A DNA stretch of 64,000 nt from Bdellovibrionales bacterium (GCA_965203275.1 OZ241865.1:1728001-1792000), one strand, 5' to 3'. Counted from the stretch's first letter, positions 40,566 to 52,732 are shown. Numbers and translations are program-made. The notes: generated by a model not told the origin, from the letters alone.

Positions 40566-42008
40566 ATGAAAAATATTTTACTAAGGAACTTTTTATTTGC
40601 TTTGCTTTTTTGTTTCACTTCAATAGCTTGCTCTGGATCAAAGTTAGACAGCAATAAGTCACCAAATAACTTAGAAGGTTTTGATGAAGATGTTCCGTTG
40701 ACACTAGAAAATATGGGTGATATACCAAACATGTCTTCAGACCCTACAGAAGCTTCTCAGCCTCCTTTAACCCTTGATGGACCAGCCAATGATGAAGGAG
40801 TCCCATTAACTCCTGAAGTTGAAGAAGATGTACAAGAACATGTAATTCCAAGTGTACCAGGACCTCTTCCTGTCACTTCACAACAACCCACATCTGATTG
40901 TCATAACAACAATAATGTGTCTGCTTCTGCAAAAATCTTATTTGTTGTGGATAAATCACGATGGCAAAATTATAAATACGATCCTGTTGGACAAACACGT
41001 CTTCATTATATACGTAATTATTATCAAGAAAGAGAAAATAGTGGTTGGTCATGGGGACTTATTGCCTTCCATAGTATAAATAGAGCATACCCTCTTATCC
41101 GCCATCCTAGAAAGGGAAATCAACCTGTATTCACTGCTAATAACAATACCTTCCGTCAAGCACTTAATGTATTAGCTAACATCCCTGATGAAGATCCTGA
41201 AGATGCAACAAGAGATCCTCAGCGTGTGGGTACACAATATGGTTATTCAAAAGCATTGAATTTAGTAAAGGATACCATCAAACACGACCTGGAAAACGAT
41301 ATACAACATAACTCTAATTATTATGTGTACTTCATTGCTGGAGCTAGACCTAGAGGAGACTTAGAACATAGATATGAAGATAGAATTTTTAGAAAAGTCA
41401 GAGAAATTGTAAATTTAAGACCAGGGAAAATTCGTTTTTCCACAGTTTATTATGGAGCTGATGTAGATACTGCTAGTCGACATCGTTACACAAGTAGAAC
41501 TGGGCCTATTTATCCTGATCGAGATGTTAAATCTGTTTTGAAGAATATGGCTAAAATAGTTCAGGGTGACTTTTTTGAATTACCCACTATCGGTGGTGGT
41601 CATTATAATACACCTTGTTCACAACAAGTGGCACCTGCACCAATTGTTCAACCTGCTGTGACACCATGTCATCAACAACTACCACAAGCAGCAGTTGTTC
41701 CATCATTTAGTCAAGCAGTTGTTCCATTTAATGATATTAATATTTCTACACCCCAACCACAGCAAGAACATGTTATTCAACCCCATGAAATTCAACATGG
41801 TACAGGATTTCATGTAGACACTGTTGAAGGTTTAACAGATGATTTATCCTCTCCTACTCAAAGTCTACCACCTTGTCAACAGCAAATCCAAGGTGAATAC
41901 AGACCATTGATAGAGCCTTCTCGTCAACTAGCTTTTAATTCTTGTAGAGAAGGTCACGCACCAGGAAGCTTCTGCCGTATGAAAGAAAAGAGGACTTTCA
42001 ATTGGTAA
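40566..42008 (+). CDS. Lipoprotein with divergent VWA-like domain and Pro/Gln-rich linkers
   Basis: Lipobox IAC; ILFVVDKS degenerate MIDAS. Confidence 0.6.
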   Translation: MKNILLRNFLFALLFCFTSIACSGSKLDSNKSPNNLEGFDEDVPLTLENMGDIPNMSSDPTEASQPPLTLDGPANDEGVPLTPEVEEDVQEHVIPSVPGPLPVTSQQPTSDCHNNNNVSASAKILFVVDKSRWQNYKYDPVGQTRLHYIRNYYQERENSGWSWGLIAFHSINRAYPLIRHPRKGNQPVFTANNNTFRQALNVLANIPDEDPEDATRDPQRVGTQYGYSKALNLVKDTIKHDLENDIQHNSNYYVYFIAGARPRGDLEHRYEDRIFRKVREIVNLRPGKIRFSTVYYGADVDTASRHRYTSRTGPIYPDRDVKSVLKNMAKIVQGDFFELPTIGGGHYNTPCSQQVAPAPIVQPAVTPCHQQLPQAAVVPSFSQAVVPFNDINISTPQPQQEHVIQPHEIQHGTGFHVDTVEGLTDDLSSPTQSLPPCQQQIQGEYRPLIEPSRQLAFNSCREGHAPGSFCRMKEKRTFNW

Positions 42009-42341
42009 CTAAATATCTTTTTGCAATTGAAATCTAATTTGCTTGATCCAAGTATGACCTATATAATTATTGATATTCTCTTTGATACTTTCTGATAAGA
42101 ACACAAACTCTTGTGTCCATGTAGAATTTTCTGACCATATAAACAACGTCCCTCTAAGATAAAATAAAGGCAAAGAATGTTTACTGATCACTTCACCTAC
42201 AATACTTTTCCAACAACGACGTAACTTCCACACTTGATAAGCGTGAGAGAAAGGCATTTTCTGACCTTCCATAAGCTTTTCTAACACATCGGTTGCAGAT
42301 AAAAGCTTAGTTTGCTTTCGAGGTCTGGGTTTTTTATTCAT
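42009..42341 (-). CDS. DUF721/DciA family protein
   Basis: W..IVGE.I..HS.P...GTL.I....W.QE. Confidence 0.85.
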   Translation of the reverse strand: MNKKPRPRKQTKLLSATDVLEKLMEGQKMPFSHAYQVWKLRRCWKSIVGEVISKHSLPLFYLRGTLFIWSENSTWTQEFVFLSESIKENINNYIGHTWIKQIRFQLQKDI

Positions 42342-42376
42342 TTGATCTGTCCTATTCTAGTTATTTTATTTTTCTT

Positions 42377-42414
42377 ATCTATGCTATCTATGCTATCTAT
42401 GCTATCTATGCTAT
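42377..42414. repeat. 9-bp tandem repeat (TATCTATGC)x4
   Basis: Direct reading; overlaps the mutS stop codon. Confidence 0.9.
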
Positions 42415-44846
42415 ATAGTGGCTTCATAAAAACTTCTTTGCTTTTGAGGTGAATCATTTGAAGATTTCTTTTTAAAAGATTTATTCTTTAAAGATGAGCT
42501 TAAAGTATGCATGTTCAAAAGTTGTGTGGCCCTTTCAATAACAATATCTGGCAGTCCTGCCATTTTAGCAACATGAACACCATAAGACTTACTGGCAAAG
42601 CCATCTGCTAGTTGATACAAAAAAGTGATTTGCTTATGATCCTTATCCTCTAGAATTTTGATATGTTTATTGATAATCTGAGGGCGTAAAGTAGCCATTT
42701 GAGTCAGTTCATGGTAATGTGTTGCAAACAAAACAGTGGCTTGAATGCGAGAAACCAAATGTTCTAAAATAGCTTGAGCTAAACTCATACCATCGAATGT
42801 TGAAGTCCCTCGACCCACTTCATCTAAAATGACCAAAGTCTGGCTAGTTGACTCTTTTAACATTTCAGAGGTTTCTGTCATCTCTAACATAAAGGTTGAA
42901 AGTCCTTCCGATAACATATCACTTGCTCCAATCCGTGTTTGGATTTGATCAAAAATAGGTAGCCTAGCTTGACTTGCAGGGACAAAAGAACCTATTTGCA
43001 TTAAGATAGCATTTAAAGCAACCTGTCTCATCAGTGTACTCTTACCTGCCATATTTGGCCCTGTAATAAGGAAACATTCTGATCTTTTTAAAATAATATC
43101 ATTCGGGACAAATTCAAGTCGTCCACTCTGAAGAGCTGTTTGCTTTTCTACAACGGGATGACGGCAGGCCATCAAAACAATTTCATTCTGAGAAATTTCA
43201 GGACGTACATAATTGCACTCTAAAGCTAACCAAGCTAAAGATGAAAATACATCTATTAAAGCTATTTGATCTGATAGAAAAAGTAAATCACAAGATACAT
43301 TCAAAACTTCTATACGCAACTGATTGAAAATTTCTTTTTCAATTTGAAGTTTTTTCACTTTAGTAGATAACACTTTAGCTTCTAAATTTTTTAGATGTTC
43401 TGTCACAAATCTTTCAGCATTAACTAAGGTTTGTTTGCGTATATAATCTGGTGGAATTTTGTTTTTATGTGTATGGCTCACTTCAATATAATATCCAAAG
43501 ACATGATTATGTCTTATTTTTAAGGAAGGAATATCTAAACGCTTTTTTTCCTCTGCTTCTATTGCCAAAAGCTGTGTATTGATCCCGTTCATAAAATCTA
43601 TCAAACTATCTAGCTGACTAGACACTCCTTTTTGAATAAAATCTCCATCTTTAATATGCAAAGGAGCATCTCTTTTAATTGTACGTTGAATTTTTGTACT
43701 TATAGATCGGGCTGTTGCTATGAGAGTTTCAAATGATTTGATCTTATTTGAACCCTGTGTATTCAGGTAGTCAAACACATTTAATCCATAGAATAAAGCA
43801 TCTGATAACTGAAGCAAATCCCTAGGGTGACAACTTGATATAGAAACTTTACCTATTCTACGTTCTAGGTCACCTATGGATCCTAGCATTTTTCTTACAG
43901 CTTGTAAATGAGGAGAAGCTTGCCATTGCTGTATTTTGTCTTGTCTTGCCATGATTTGCTCTTTGGATGTCAGAGGAAAGGTCATCCAACTGCGAAGCTT
44001 TCTAGCCCCTAAAGGAGATTTTGTTTTATTAATGCAAGCAAACAGAGAACCTTTTTTCTCGCCCTTGTAGGTGGAAAATATCTCTAAGTGTTCTCTTGCT
44101 AAAGAAGAAAACTTCATTTTTTGTTCAAAAAGTCTTTTTTCAAAAGGGCGAATAGTCGATAGTGCTTTTTGACCACGCAGACTCACCACATAAGAAAGCA
44201 ACCGATCATTCGACTCAATCCCTGTATTTATGTCGTTGGAAATTGTATCATAAACAGTGTAGGTTCGGTTTTGGCTTTCTTTAGCACGAGGGTGTTGTTC
44301 GGATTTTTGTTGAGAAGTGAGAATAAACTCCACTGGTTTCAATAAAGATATTAAATATTCTCTCAAAGAAGGCTTTGAAGTCTCATAATAGAAGGCATCT
44401 CCTGTGGTGATATCTAAAAAGGACACAATCTGTTGGCAATAAGCTGTCAGAAAATGAGGGGCTTGTTGCTCTAAGGTATCAGGGTCATAGACAATACCAG
44501 GACTAAATACTTGAGTGATTCCTCTTTTGACAAGCCCTTTAGCAAATTGAGGGTCTTCAAGTTGATCACATAAGGCCACACGATGTCCTAAAGATAAAAG
44601 TGTATTGATAGGCTTTGCAATGCTATGATATGGCACTCCACACATAGGAATATAGTCATCGCTGTTTTTATTGCGAGCTGTGAGGGTGATACCTAAGAGA
44701 GGGGCAGCTTTGATAGCATCCTCATGGAACATCTCATAAAAATCTCCCATACGAAAAAACAAGATTTTATCTGGATGAACAGACTTGATGCTCCAATACT
44801 GCCTCATAAGAGGCGTCTGTTGTGAAGACTTTCGGGCTTGTGTCAT
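42411..44846 (-). CDS. mutS: DNA mismatch repair protein MutS
   Basis: TPLMRQY, GDFYE, TGPNMAGKST, DEVGRGT and ATHYHEL motifs. Confidence 0.97.
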   Translation of the reverse strand: MTQARKSSQQTPLMRQYWSIKSVHPDKILFFRMGDFYEMFHEDAIKAAPLLGITLTARNKNSDDYIPMCGVPYHSIAKPINTLLSLGHRVALCDQLEDPQFAKGLVKRGITQVFSPGIVYDPDTLEQQAPHFLTAYCQQIVSFLDITTGDAFYYETSKPSLREYLISLLKPVEFILTSQQKSEQHPRAKESQNRTYTVYDTISNDINTGIESNDRLLSYVVSLRGQKALSTIRPFEKRLFEQKMKFSSLAREHLEIFSTYKGEKKGSLFACINKTKSPLGARKLRSWMTFPLTSKEQIMARQDKIQQWQASPHLQAVRKMLGSIGDLERRIGKVSISSCHPRDLLQLSDALFYGLNVFDYLNTQGSNKIKSFETLIATARSISTKIQRTIKRDAPLHIKDGDFIQKGVSSQLDSLIDFMNGINTQLLAIEAEEKKRLDIPSLKIRHNHVFGYYIEVSHTHKNKIPPDYIRKQTLVNAERFVTEHLKNLEAKVLSTKVKKLQIEKEIFNQLRIEVLNVSCDLLFLSDQIALIDVFSSLAWLALECNYVRPEISQNEIVLMACRHPVVEKQTALQSGRLEFVPNDIILKRSECFLITGPNMAGKSTLMRQVALNAILMQIGSFVPASQARLPIFDQIQTRIGASDMLSEGLSTFMLEMTETSEMLKESTSQTLVILDEVGRGTSTFDGMSLAQAILEHLVSRIQATVLFATHYHELTQMATLRPQIINKHIKILEDKDHKQITFLYQLADGFASKSYGVHVAKMAGLPDIVIERATQLLNMHTLSSSLKNKSFKKKSSNDSPQKQRSFYEATI

Positions 44847-45240
44847 TTTGTTTATTTTACTGCACTTTTTGTTGTTTATTATAAGGTTGTTCTTTAACCA
44901 TAAAACAACCGCATGCTATCAGTTACATGTCTTAAAATAAAGCCTTGACGCATTGTCCTATCTTTTAGATTTAGCTTTGACTTTGATGCTTTAAAAATTA
45001 AGTTTGTTATAACTATGGTCATAATATGACCTGTTTTATTCACAAATGTCATTAAAGATATATACATTCTAAGTAGGGTTCCCTGATCAGCAAAATATAA
45101 AAAACCAAATATTTTCCTCTATTGCCTTAAATATTGCCTTAAAAATTTGACTGTAATCAAACACATTTCAAATATGTAATGACCTTAACATATTGTTGTC
45201 ATAGTAGACAGGGATATACAAATCAAATAATAATAAGTTT

Positions 45241-46221
45241 ATGTTAGAAGTTTGTCACTTAAAAACAGGATTTCATACAGAAAATGGTTTTGTCACAGCT
45301 GTAGATGATGTCAGCTTTTCACTCAAACAAAGGCAAACCCTTGGAATAGTAGGTGAGTCAGGATGTGGAAAATCCGTGACAGCTCTTTCTATTATGCGAT
45401 TAATTGCCTCTCCTCCTGGTCAAATTATAGCAGGCAAAATTTTGTTCAAAGGTCAAAACCTTTTAGAATTGAAAGAAAAGCATCTTCGTAAATTTCGTGG
45501 CAATGCTATTTCTATGATCTTTCAAGAACCTATGACTTCACTGAATCCTGTCTTTACTATTGGTCATCAAATTGCTGAAGCTATTCATTTACATCAAAAG
45601 CATCTTTCGTTCAAACAAGTAAGAGAAAAAACAATTGAGATGCTCAAATTAGTAGGCATTGCCGAACCTGAAAAACGTAGCAAAGAATATCCACATCAAT
45701 TATCTGGGGGGATGAGACAAAGAGTTATGATTGCCATAGCTTTAAGCTGTGACCCAGAAGTTCTTATTGCTGATGAACCTACAACAGCTCTAGATGTGAC
45801 TATTCAATCTCAAATTTTAAAACTAATCAAAAATCTCCAAAAAAAGCTTGGAACAGCAATTATTCTCATCACACATGACTTAGGTATTGTGGCAGAAACT
45901 TGCGACTATGTAGCTGTAATGTATGCAGGTAAAATCATTGAATATGCTCCTGTGGAAGACGTTTTTCAACATCCTCAACACCATTACACAAGAGGACTGC
46001 TTTCTTCTATCCCATCACTTGAAACTCATCAAAAGACAGAAAGGCTCAACACTATCCCAGGCATTGTACCTCAATTAACTGACTTACCTAGTGGTTGTCG
46101 ATTTCAAGATCGATGTCCATCTCAACAACCAACTTGTTTAGAAAACCAACCTCCTCTTAAATCTCATCAAAAAGAACGCCATAAAGTTGCATGTTTTTTC
46201 CCTAGGAAGGACCCTTTATGA
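45241..46221 (+). CDS. Oligopeptide/dipeptide ABC transporter ATP-binding protein (OppD/DppD-like)
   Basis: [21 protein letters not shown]-terminal GCRF..RC. Confidence 0.93.
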   Translation: MLEVCHLKTGFHTENGFVTAVDDVSFSLKQRQTLGIVGESGCGKSVTALSIMRLIASPPGQIIAGKILFKGQNLLELKEKHLRKFRGNAISMIFQEPMTSLNPVFTIGHQIAEAIHLHQKHLSFKQVREKTIEMLKLVGIAEPEKRSKEYPHQLSGGMRQRVMIAIALSCDPEVLIADEPTTALDVTIQSQILKLIKNLQKKLGTAIILITHDLGIVAETCDYVAVMYAGKIIEYAPVEDVFQHPQHHYTRGLLSSIPSLETHQKTERLNTIPGIVPQLTDLPSGCRFQDRCPSQQPTCLENQPPLKSHQKERHKVACFFPRKDPL

Positions 46222-47222
46222 AAGATATTCTTGTCAAAGTAAAAAATCTTTATAAGCACTTCCCAATCACAGCGGGCTTGTTTTCAAAACCCATCGGTAG
46301 TGTAAAAGCTGTATCAGATGTAAACCTTGAAATCTATAAAGGTGAAACTCTTGGCTTAGTTGGTGAGTCAGGGTGTGGAAAGTCTACCTTAGGGCGATGT
46401 ATTCTTAGACTTCTCGATTGTACACAAGGGGAAATTTATTACCAAGGAGAAGATATCACTCATCTTAAAAAACTCAAACCTCTTAGAAAGAAAATGCAAA
46501 TTATTTTTCAGGACCCTTATGCTAGTTTAAATCCTAAAATGAAAATTGGCCATATTATTGCAGAGCCTTTGGTGATCCATCGGCTTTATGATTCTCGTCA
46601 AGATCGCCATGATAGAGTTAAACAACTTTTAGAAACAGTAGGCCTAAGGTCAGATATGATGCACCGTTATCCGTATGAATTTTCAGGAGGACAAAGACAA
46701 AGGATCGGTATTGCAAGGGCTTTAGCCGTTGATCCTGAATTTATTATTTGTGATGAGCCTGTGTCTGCATTAGATGTGTCTATTCAAGCTCAAGTGATTA
46801 ATTTGTTGATGGATATTCAGCAAAAATTAGGTTTGACATATTTGTTTATTGCCCATGACCTTAAAGTTGTAAAGCATATTTCTCATAGGGTTGCTGTCAT
46901 GTACCTAGGAAGAATTGTAGAAATGGCAAGTAGTTTTGAGTTATATAAAAATCCTCAACACCCTTATACAAAGGCTTTGATGACGTCCATTCCTATACCT
47001 AATCCTCAAATAAAACGTAAAAGTATCGTTTTAAAAGGTGACGTGCCAAGTCCTATTCATCCTCCTCAAGGTTGCTCCTTTCACCCTCGATGCCCAATAG
47101 CTACTCAAGCATGTCAAAAACAAATCCCTCCACTGATCGTGACAAATAATCAACAAGATGCAAAGCACCAAGATGCTAGGCATCAAGATGCAAAGCATCA
47201 AACTGCCTGTATTCATCTTTAA
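46218..47222 (+). CDS. Oligopeptide/dipeptide ABC transporter ATP-binding protein (OppF/DppF-like)
   Basis: [25 protein letters not shown]; 15-bp x3 repeat (QDAKH) near C-terminus. Confidence 0.93.
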   Translation: MKDILVKVKNLYKHFPITAGLFSKPIGSVKAVSDVNLEIYKGETLGLVGESGCGKSTLGRCILRLLDCTQGEIYYQGEDITHLKKLKPLRKKMQIIFQDPYASLNPKMKIGHIIAEPLVIHRLYDSRQDRHDRVKQLLETVGLRSDMMHRYPYEFSGGQRQRIGIARALAVDPEFIICDEPVSALDVSIQAQVINLLMDIQQKLGLTYLFIAHDLKVVKHISHRVAVMYLGRIVEMASSFELYKNPQHPYTKALMTSIPIPNPQIKRKSIVLKGDVPSPIHPPQGCSFHPRCPIATQACQKQIPPLIVTNNQQDAKHQDARHQDAKHQTACIHL

Positions 47223-47421
47223 GTAAATTTTACACACTTTCTATAACCTATAGGTATTTATTACAGGCTCCTCTGTCACCTTATATGGTATTTTCATGGA
47301 TTCTCTTTGGCATAATTCTTGAAGTTATTATATTTGATAATTTCTTTCATTTGTTTCCATAGAAGCAAAAAGATGACTTCACCTTTAAAAAATCAAACAA
47401 AACAAAAGAGGCGATTTGAAA

Positions 47422-50400
47422 ATGCAAAAAAAAATACTTTTAATTTTGATGATTTCTTTTATATGCTTGGCCACAATGGGACTTACCTTAATCTGGCCCA
47501 TCACAAAAGGGTGGAGTCAGCAACATTCTCGAGTTTCCCCAGAAGAATTATTGCCATTCCGTGATCTTCCATCGACATCTTCTCTACCGATAATTAATCT
47601 TGAACAACAAAAAGATGGTTCTGATGCTAGTAAAACACGTTCCCCATTTGGAGATAGTTTTAATCATGTTAGAGATAGTGTGAAGCATGGTTTCCAACAC
47701 ACCATATCTCATTTTCCTTCTGTTTATTTACAATTTCATATAGCTTTAGGAGCTATGGCTGTATGGGATTGTTCTATTCGAATGAAAGACAATCCTATGG
47801 CCTGTGAGGAATTTGAACACTCTTTAACAGACCCTTTGTCTTTTTTGTCTTTCTTTTTGTTTATGGTATCTCATCATAGTACGGCACATTTTTTACAACA
47901 GATGGATTTCTTTCAAGTAGCTAATGGAGTGGTTCACCCTACACGTCAGGGACGCTTGCGTCAGCTTTTTAAGCAGTCCGTTCCAGGGTATGCTGGGCTA
48001 GCAGCAGGGATGATTGTTTCTCATATTGCTATAGACTTTTTAACAGATCCCAATATTCAATATTTAGCTAGACATTTATTTTCTTTGAAAAGAAACAATT
48101 ATGAGAAAGATCTATTTGAAAATGCATGGAATGCTACTGGACAAAGATGGTTTCAAGAAGATGGTTTTTTAAGATGGAAGGGATATGCACCTGATGTCAT
48201 CTCTGTTTTACTTGCAGTGACTGCATCTTCTGCAACAACTGGTTTTATGCGAGGGGGTTTATCTTCTGTTATGCAATTATTACAGAAAAAAGGTGTTGTA
48301 GATATAGGGCGAGTAGGGCCTAGCAGTGCTACAATAATGGGATGGAATGGTGGAGGATTTGGCGTTATAACTAATCCTAAACACTATATGTTTGGTATTG
48401 GAGCGAAAAAGTATAGCCTTAGTTTTGTAGGTAATATATCTCGTATGAATTGGATAACGGGTATTGCACACATGATTCTTTTTTTTTCTTGGAATGATTA
48501 TATACAACCTCATGTAAAAAGAGCTTGGGATTCAGGAAGAATCATTCATCAAATAAGATATCAAGAGTCAGCTATTCTCCATCATTTAACGTCTGGATAC
48601 CAAACTGCTCCAGTTGAAATACCTCCTACTGAAAATCTTGCAAATAATAAACCATTTTTTGCAAGCCTCTTAGACACATTTTCTGATCTGTTTAATTTCA
48701 ATAGAACAAAAGACCGCTTAGAAGCAATAAGAGAAAACAATAATCATTTTCAAAATGGTCAAGATATTTTATTTGATTTTTTAAACCCACAACAAACAGA
48801 GGGATTAAATACTTCAATAAGCCATGCATCTGTTTTAACAAATGTTGCTTCTTATCAAAATAATATAAATTCTTTTCCTGTTTTAACGACTTTGACAGAT
48901 GATCCTTTTAGAGAAGGTCAGGAACAGAAAAGAAGAGGTGACTTTCTTTTAGAACATATAACAAATTTAAACGTAGCAGCCAATGATTATAGAAATTTCT
49001 TAAATAAATTTAACATGACACAAGCAAGCTGGACAGCTTTTTTACAGCCCGCAGAAGCTTATTATAGGAGTACATATCGTTTTTATAAGCATATTATAGA
49101 GTTTGCAGAGCAACTTTCTTTTCAAGAAGAAGAATATTATTTGCATCGTCCTTTTAGTGGAAGTCAAAGTAAAGGCATGTTAGATGCTCTTTATTTTAAT
49201 TCAAGACCACTGAATATTTCTAAGGATATATCTTTCGAAAGATTATATTTAGAATCTCAACTTTTACAATATGGTTTATCACCTTCATTCATACATGTAC
49301 TTTCTGATCAAACTGATGAAGTTCTTCAGTGGATTTTACGTAGATTTGTGGCTTATGGTACTGATGAAGAAGACAGGCTTTTAGCAACATATTTAAATGA
49401 GGGTTTTGATATAAGCAAAATTTATGCATTTGAAAAATTTGATTTTCAAGTAAGGCTTGAAGCTCTATCCAGAGGGATTGCTCAGAAATTTTTAGAAAAC
49501 TCTAATTACTTTACAAGCACAGATCAAATTTATGACTTTATTCAAGAGGTAGACGAAAGCCCTAATAGAGATATTTTGATTTTAGCTACTGAATATTTTT
49601 CACGAAGTTATATTTTGAATAACAAACATAATCCAGAAAAGCTCATGGCTGAAATCAATGATAGAATACAAGAAGCAGATGAAGGCATAGCACAAGAAGA
49701 AAGCAAAGACATAACTAAGGAACTCCCTAATATTGTAGAAAATGGCTCTATCTATTTTGATAAAGGGTATTACCCTGGTGCAAATTCAAATTTTCCTAGT
49801 CCTAGTAGCAATTTAAGAAGTGAGAAGCGAGAACATGGGATTGATTATTTTTCAACTGTAGAAAAGCTACTGATTGATCTGGTGTGTGGACCTTCTATTT
49901 TTGATGTTCAACTTTTTGAAAGAAATAACCTTTTAGTTGGTGAAGGGGCTTTAAACTTCAATGCTCCTCGTTTGTGGGCTGAAAGACCGTCTTTTTGTAG
50001 TGGACTTAATCAAATCCAAAACATACATCACCCATTTACTGTTTGGGAAAATGGTCAAAGAGTTCATTACCACCATTTACTTGATTATGTCTCTCGCAAT
50101 ATAAACTCTCAGGCCTCTTTTGTTCAAAATGTAGAAGTTTTTGATAGATTTTGGAAAAGGCATATTACATCAGTCCAACAAGTGGTCTTTGATGACTATA
50201 AAAACACTCAATGGAAGATCTATTCAGAAGAACTAAGGCAAATTTATAATAGGACAGATTATAAAGATCATTTTGATTTTTCATCTCCTGCAAATGTGTT
50301 TCGAGTTCATCATCGAATAGATCATAAACCTTATGCTCAAGGTATTCATCAATTTGAAAAAGACTTTACTCGTTACCATCTTCAACTGCTGATCAGTGTA

Positions 50401-50796
50401 TTGCCGACTCAACAGGATAAAGCTTTTCTTGATAAAGAAATTTATCCATTGCTACAAAGGTTGCGTACTTTAAGTTTATATCCAGGACGTCCATTCGACG
50501 AGAGAGATCCTTATTGGGCAGAGGTAGCTTCTAATGTTGCTTCTCAGGCAGACAATCCTCTTGCTAATTTTATTATGGAAGAAAACAGATATATGCAAAA
50601 TATTTTATTTATGCAATCTGTTATTCAAAACATCCAACAAAAGATCAATATGTATTTGCAACAAAGACAAACTTCAGAAGATATTCACAACCTATATGTA
50701 CGGGAAGTGACAACAAAAGTTTTAGAGAATATAAATCAATCTATAATTTATGCCAATACAATGGAGGTTTACAATAGTAGGGAACCTCGCTTATAA
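47422..50796 (+). CDS. Large membrane-associated hypothetical protein
   Basis: >1100-aa ORF, N-terminal signal/TM and several hydrophobic segments. Confidence 0.8.
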   Translation: MQKKILLILMISFICLATMGLTLIWPITKGWSQQHSRVSPEELLPFRDLPSTSSLPIINLEQQKDGSDASKTRSPFGDSFNHVRDSVKHGFQHTISHFPSVYLQFHIALGAMAVWDCSIRMKDNPMACEEFEHSLTDPLSFLSFFLFMVSHHSTAHFLQQMDFFQVANGVVHPTRQGRLRQLFKQSVPGYAGLAAGMIVSHIAIDFLTDPNIQYLARHLFSLKRNNYEKDLFENAWNATGQRWFQEDGFLRWKGYAPDVISVLLAVTASSATTGFMRGGLSSVMQLLQKKGVVDIGRVGPSSATIMGWNGGGFGVITNPKHYMFGIGAKKYSLSFVGNISRMNWITGIAHMILFFSWNDYIQPHVKRAWDSGRIIHQIRYQESAILHHLTSGYQTAPVEIPPTENLANNKPFFASLLDTFSDLFNFNRTKDRLEAIRENNNHFQNGQDILFDFLNPQQTEGLNTSISHASVLTNVASYQNNINSFPVLTTLTDDPFREGQEQKRRGDFLLEHITNLNVAANDYRNFLNKFNMTQASWTAFLQPAEAYYRSTYRFYKHIIEFAEQLSFQEEEYYLHRPFSGSQSKGMLDALYFNSRPLNISKDISFERLYLESQLLQYGLSPSFIHVLSDQTDEVLQWILRRFVAYGTDEEDRLLATYLNEGFDISKIYAFEKFDFQVRLEALSRGIAQKFLENSNYFTSTDQIYDFIQEVDESPNRDILILATEYFSRSYILNNKHNPEKLMAEINDRIQEADEGIAQEESKDITKELPNIVENGSIYFDKGYYPGANSNFPSPSSNLRSEKREHGIDYFSTVEKLLIDLVCGPSIFDVQLFERNNLLVGEGALNFNAPRLWAERPSFCSGLNQIQNIHHPFTVWENGQRVHYHHLLDYVSRNINSQASFVQNVEVFDRFWKRHITSVQQVVFDDYKNTQWKIYSEELRQIYNRTDYKDHFDFSSPANVFRVHHRIDHKPYAQGIHQFEKDFTRYHLQLLISVLPTQQDKAFLDKEIYPLLQRLRTLSLYPGRPFDERDPYWAEVASNVASQADNPLANFIMEENRYMQNILFMQSVIQNIQQKINMYLQQRQTSEDIHNLYVREVTTKVLENINQSIIYANTMEVYNSREPRL

Positions 50797-50897
50797 GGCT
50801 GTTAGAGGAAACCTTTAAAGTCCTTTGAGAGATGAGAGATGAGGTTTTTTATTCTTTCTTCATAACTTTGTCTTTTGAATCTTTAGCATTTATTTAT

Positions 50898-50922
50898 GGC
50901 AATCCGCTCAGGGCGGATTGCC
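50898..50922. terminator. Hairpin between convergent genes, probable terminator
   Basis: GGCAATCCGC-TCAGG-GCGGATTGCC. Confidence 0.65.
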
Positions 50923-50928
50923 TAAACC

Positions 50929-51543
50929 TTACTTGACTTGTTTAAAAAACTCTTTAGAACCTTCAGGATCAGGTTTAATCCTGTGTGGATTTTTATCCTT
51001 ACTCCAGTTAGCAGGGCATACCTCACCTGTTTTCTCGTATGTTTGAAAAGCTTCTAAAACTCTTAAAGTTTCTGAAACACTTCTCCCTACAGCTAGGTCA
51101 TGGACCACTTGATAAGTGACTATACCTTTAGGATTAATTAAGAACAACCCTCTTAAAGCTATGCCCTCATCAGTCAATACCCCATAGTCTCTGGATAGGT
51201 GTTTGTTTATATCTGCTAGAAGTGGAAATTGAATAGCTCCTAAACCACCTTCATTGCGAGGTGTATTCAACCACTTTAAATGTGAAAATTGGCTATCAAC
51301 AGAAGCACCTAAGACCTCGCAGTTAAGAGCTTTAAACTGATCTATATGCTCTGAAAATGCGATGATCTCTGTAGGACAAACAAAAGTAAAGTCTAAAGGG
51401 TAAAAGAATAAACAAACCCATTTTTGCTTATAATCTGCTAAAGATATTTTCTTGAATTGAGAGTTCACAACAGCATCTACTTTAAAAGCAGGGGCAGGAT
51501 GTTGAACTAAAGATGTCTTATTATTATGATTTACATTTTCCAT
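50929..51543 (-). CDS. ahpC: 2-Cys peroxiredoxin
   Basis: [13 protein letters not shown] and GEVCPANW motifs. Confidence 0.95.
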   Translation of the reverse strand: MENVNHNNKTSLVQHPAPAFKVDAVVNSQFKKISLADYKQKWVCLFFYPLDFTFVCPTEIIAFSEHIDQFKALNCEVLGASVDSQFSHLKWLNTPRNEGGLGAIQFPLLADINKHLSRDYGVLTDEGIALRGLFLINPKGIVTYQVVHDLAVGRSVSETLRVLEAFQTYEKTGEVCPANWSKDKNPHRIKPDPEGSKEFFKQVK

Positions 51544-51737
51544 TGATTATTCCTCCTTTTAGTTAAGTGAAATTGTTTAAGTTAATTAATGATTCAAATG
51601 ATGTACACTGTAATATAAAAATCAAACTCCGACAAGCTTTTTCTTTCATTCAAAAGTAAATTCAAATAAAAAAAGTCAAAAATTCCCATTCAAAAATTTA
51701 AGTAGGATATTTTTGCTTTGAAATGCACAGGAAGACA

Positions 51738-52175
51738 TTATTTGACAGGATGAGATTCTAAAAAGAGAGCCTTACTTAAAACTGAAAAAAAGTTTTGATA
51801 ATGTTGTGGATCAGTCACGGCCCGTCTTCGATACTCGGCATTCATACGTACAAGCACTCTCTTACCTCTTACTCTTGAAGTTACTGTCACCGTCAAACGT
51901 GTGCCAGAAAACAGCTTAGTTGCTGTGACAGTTCCAATAGATTTGTCTGCTTTATCAATCACAAAATCTAAGTCCTGTAAAGAAGCCAAAATAGCTCTGA
52001 TCACCTTATCTATATCCTGTGTGTCATAAGCTCTGGACTGTATGCTCCTTAACTGCACTTGGCTTTCATCAGCAGAAAGTAATTGGTTTTGAGAAGTGGC
52101 TGCACAACCAAGCAGAGTTCCATACAACGTAAATAGTAAAGCCATGGTATTTATTTTTTGGTTTAATGTTTTCAT
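51738..52175 (-). CDS. Lipoprotein of unknown function
   Basis: Lipobox LLGC; LQDLDF...GTVTATK similar to neighbour. Confidence 0.8.
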   Translation of the reverse strand: MKTLNQKINTMALLFTLYGTLLGCAATSQNQLLSADESQVQLRSIQSRAYDTQDIDKVIRAILASLQDLDFVIDKADKSIGTVTATKLFSGTRLTVTVTSRVRGKRVLVRMNAEYRRRAVTDPQHYQNFFSVLSKALFLESHPVK

Positions 52176-52732
52176 AAGTCCGCCTTATCTAAAAATAATG
52201 ATTTTGATAGTCTAGCAAAAAAATCTTTAAAAAACTCAGGGTCGTTCAGACTTTCTGCTCGACTCACCTTATTTAAGTTATTCCATACAATTCTCTGAAA
52301 ATTAGCCCTGACGAGATAATCTCCTGAAGAATTTCTCTTTCTTTGATTAGATACAGGATAAGCAATCACAGATATACGAAACCTTTGATGCTTATCAATG
52401 ACAATTTGATTGTTATTAGAAAAAAGACCTTGAAATATAGCACTAGCCACTTGTTTGCTATCAACTGCTGTGCGTGATTTAGAAGCCACAAACACACCTA
52501 AGTCACTATCTGTTTCATCTAAATTAAACCCTAAGTCTTGCACAACACCTACAATAGCAGACATTAATTGTTGCTTTTTAACACTACGAATACGTTGCGT
52601 TTGCATAGCTCTCTTTTTAAGAGCCTCTGCATCAGGTACAAAGGCATTTGGATGTAGATGAGCTACACAACCTGTCAACATCGTTGCTGTGGATACTGCT
52701 ATGGATACTATGAATAAATATTTTAATCTCAT
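52172..52732 (-). CDS. Lipoprotein of unknown function (paralog of downstream gene)
   Basis: Lipobox LTGC; VQDLGF...GVFVASK; LSKSLFL end. Confidence 0.8.
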   Translation of the reverse strand: MRLKYLFIVSIAVSTATMLTGCVAHLHPNAFVPDAEALKKRAMQTQRIRSVKKQQLMSAIVGVVQDLGFNLDETDSDLGVFVASKSRTAVDSKQVASAIFQGLFSNNNQIVIDKHQRFRISVIAYPVSNQRKRNSSGDYLVRANFQRIVWNNLNKVSRAESLNDPEFFKDFFARLSKSLFLDKADL

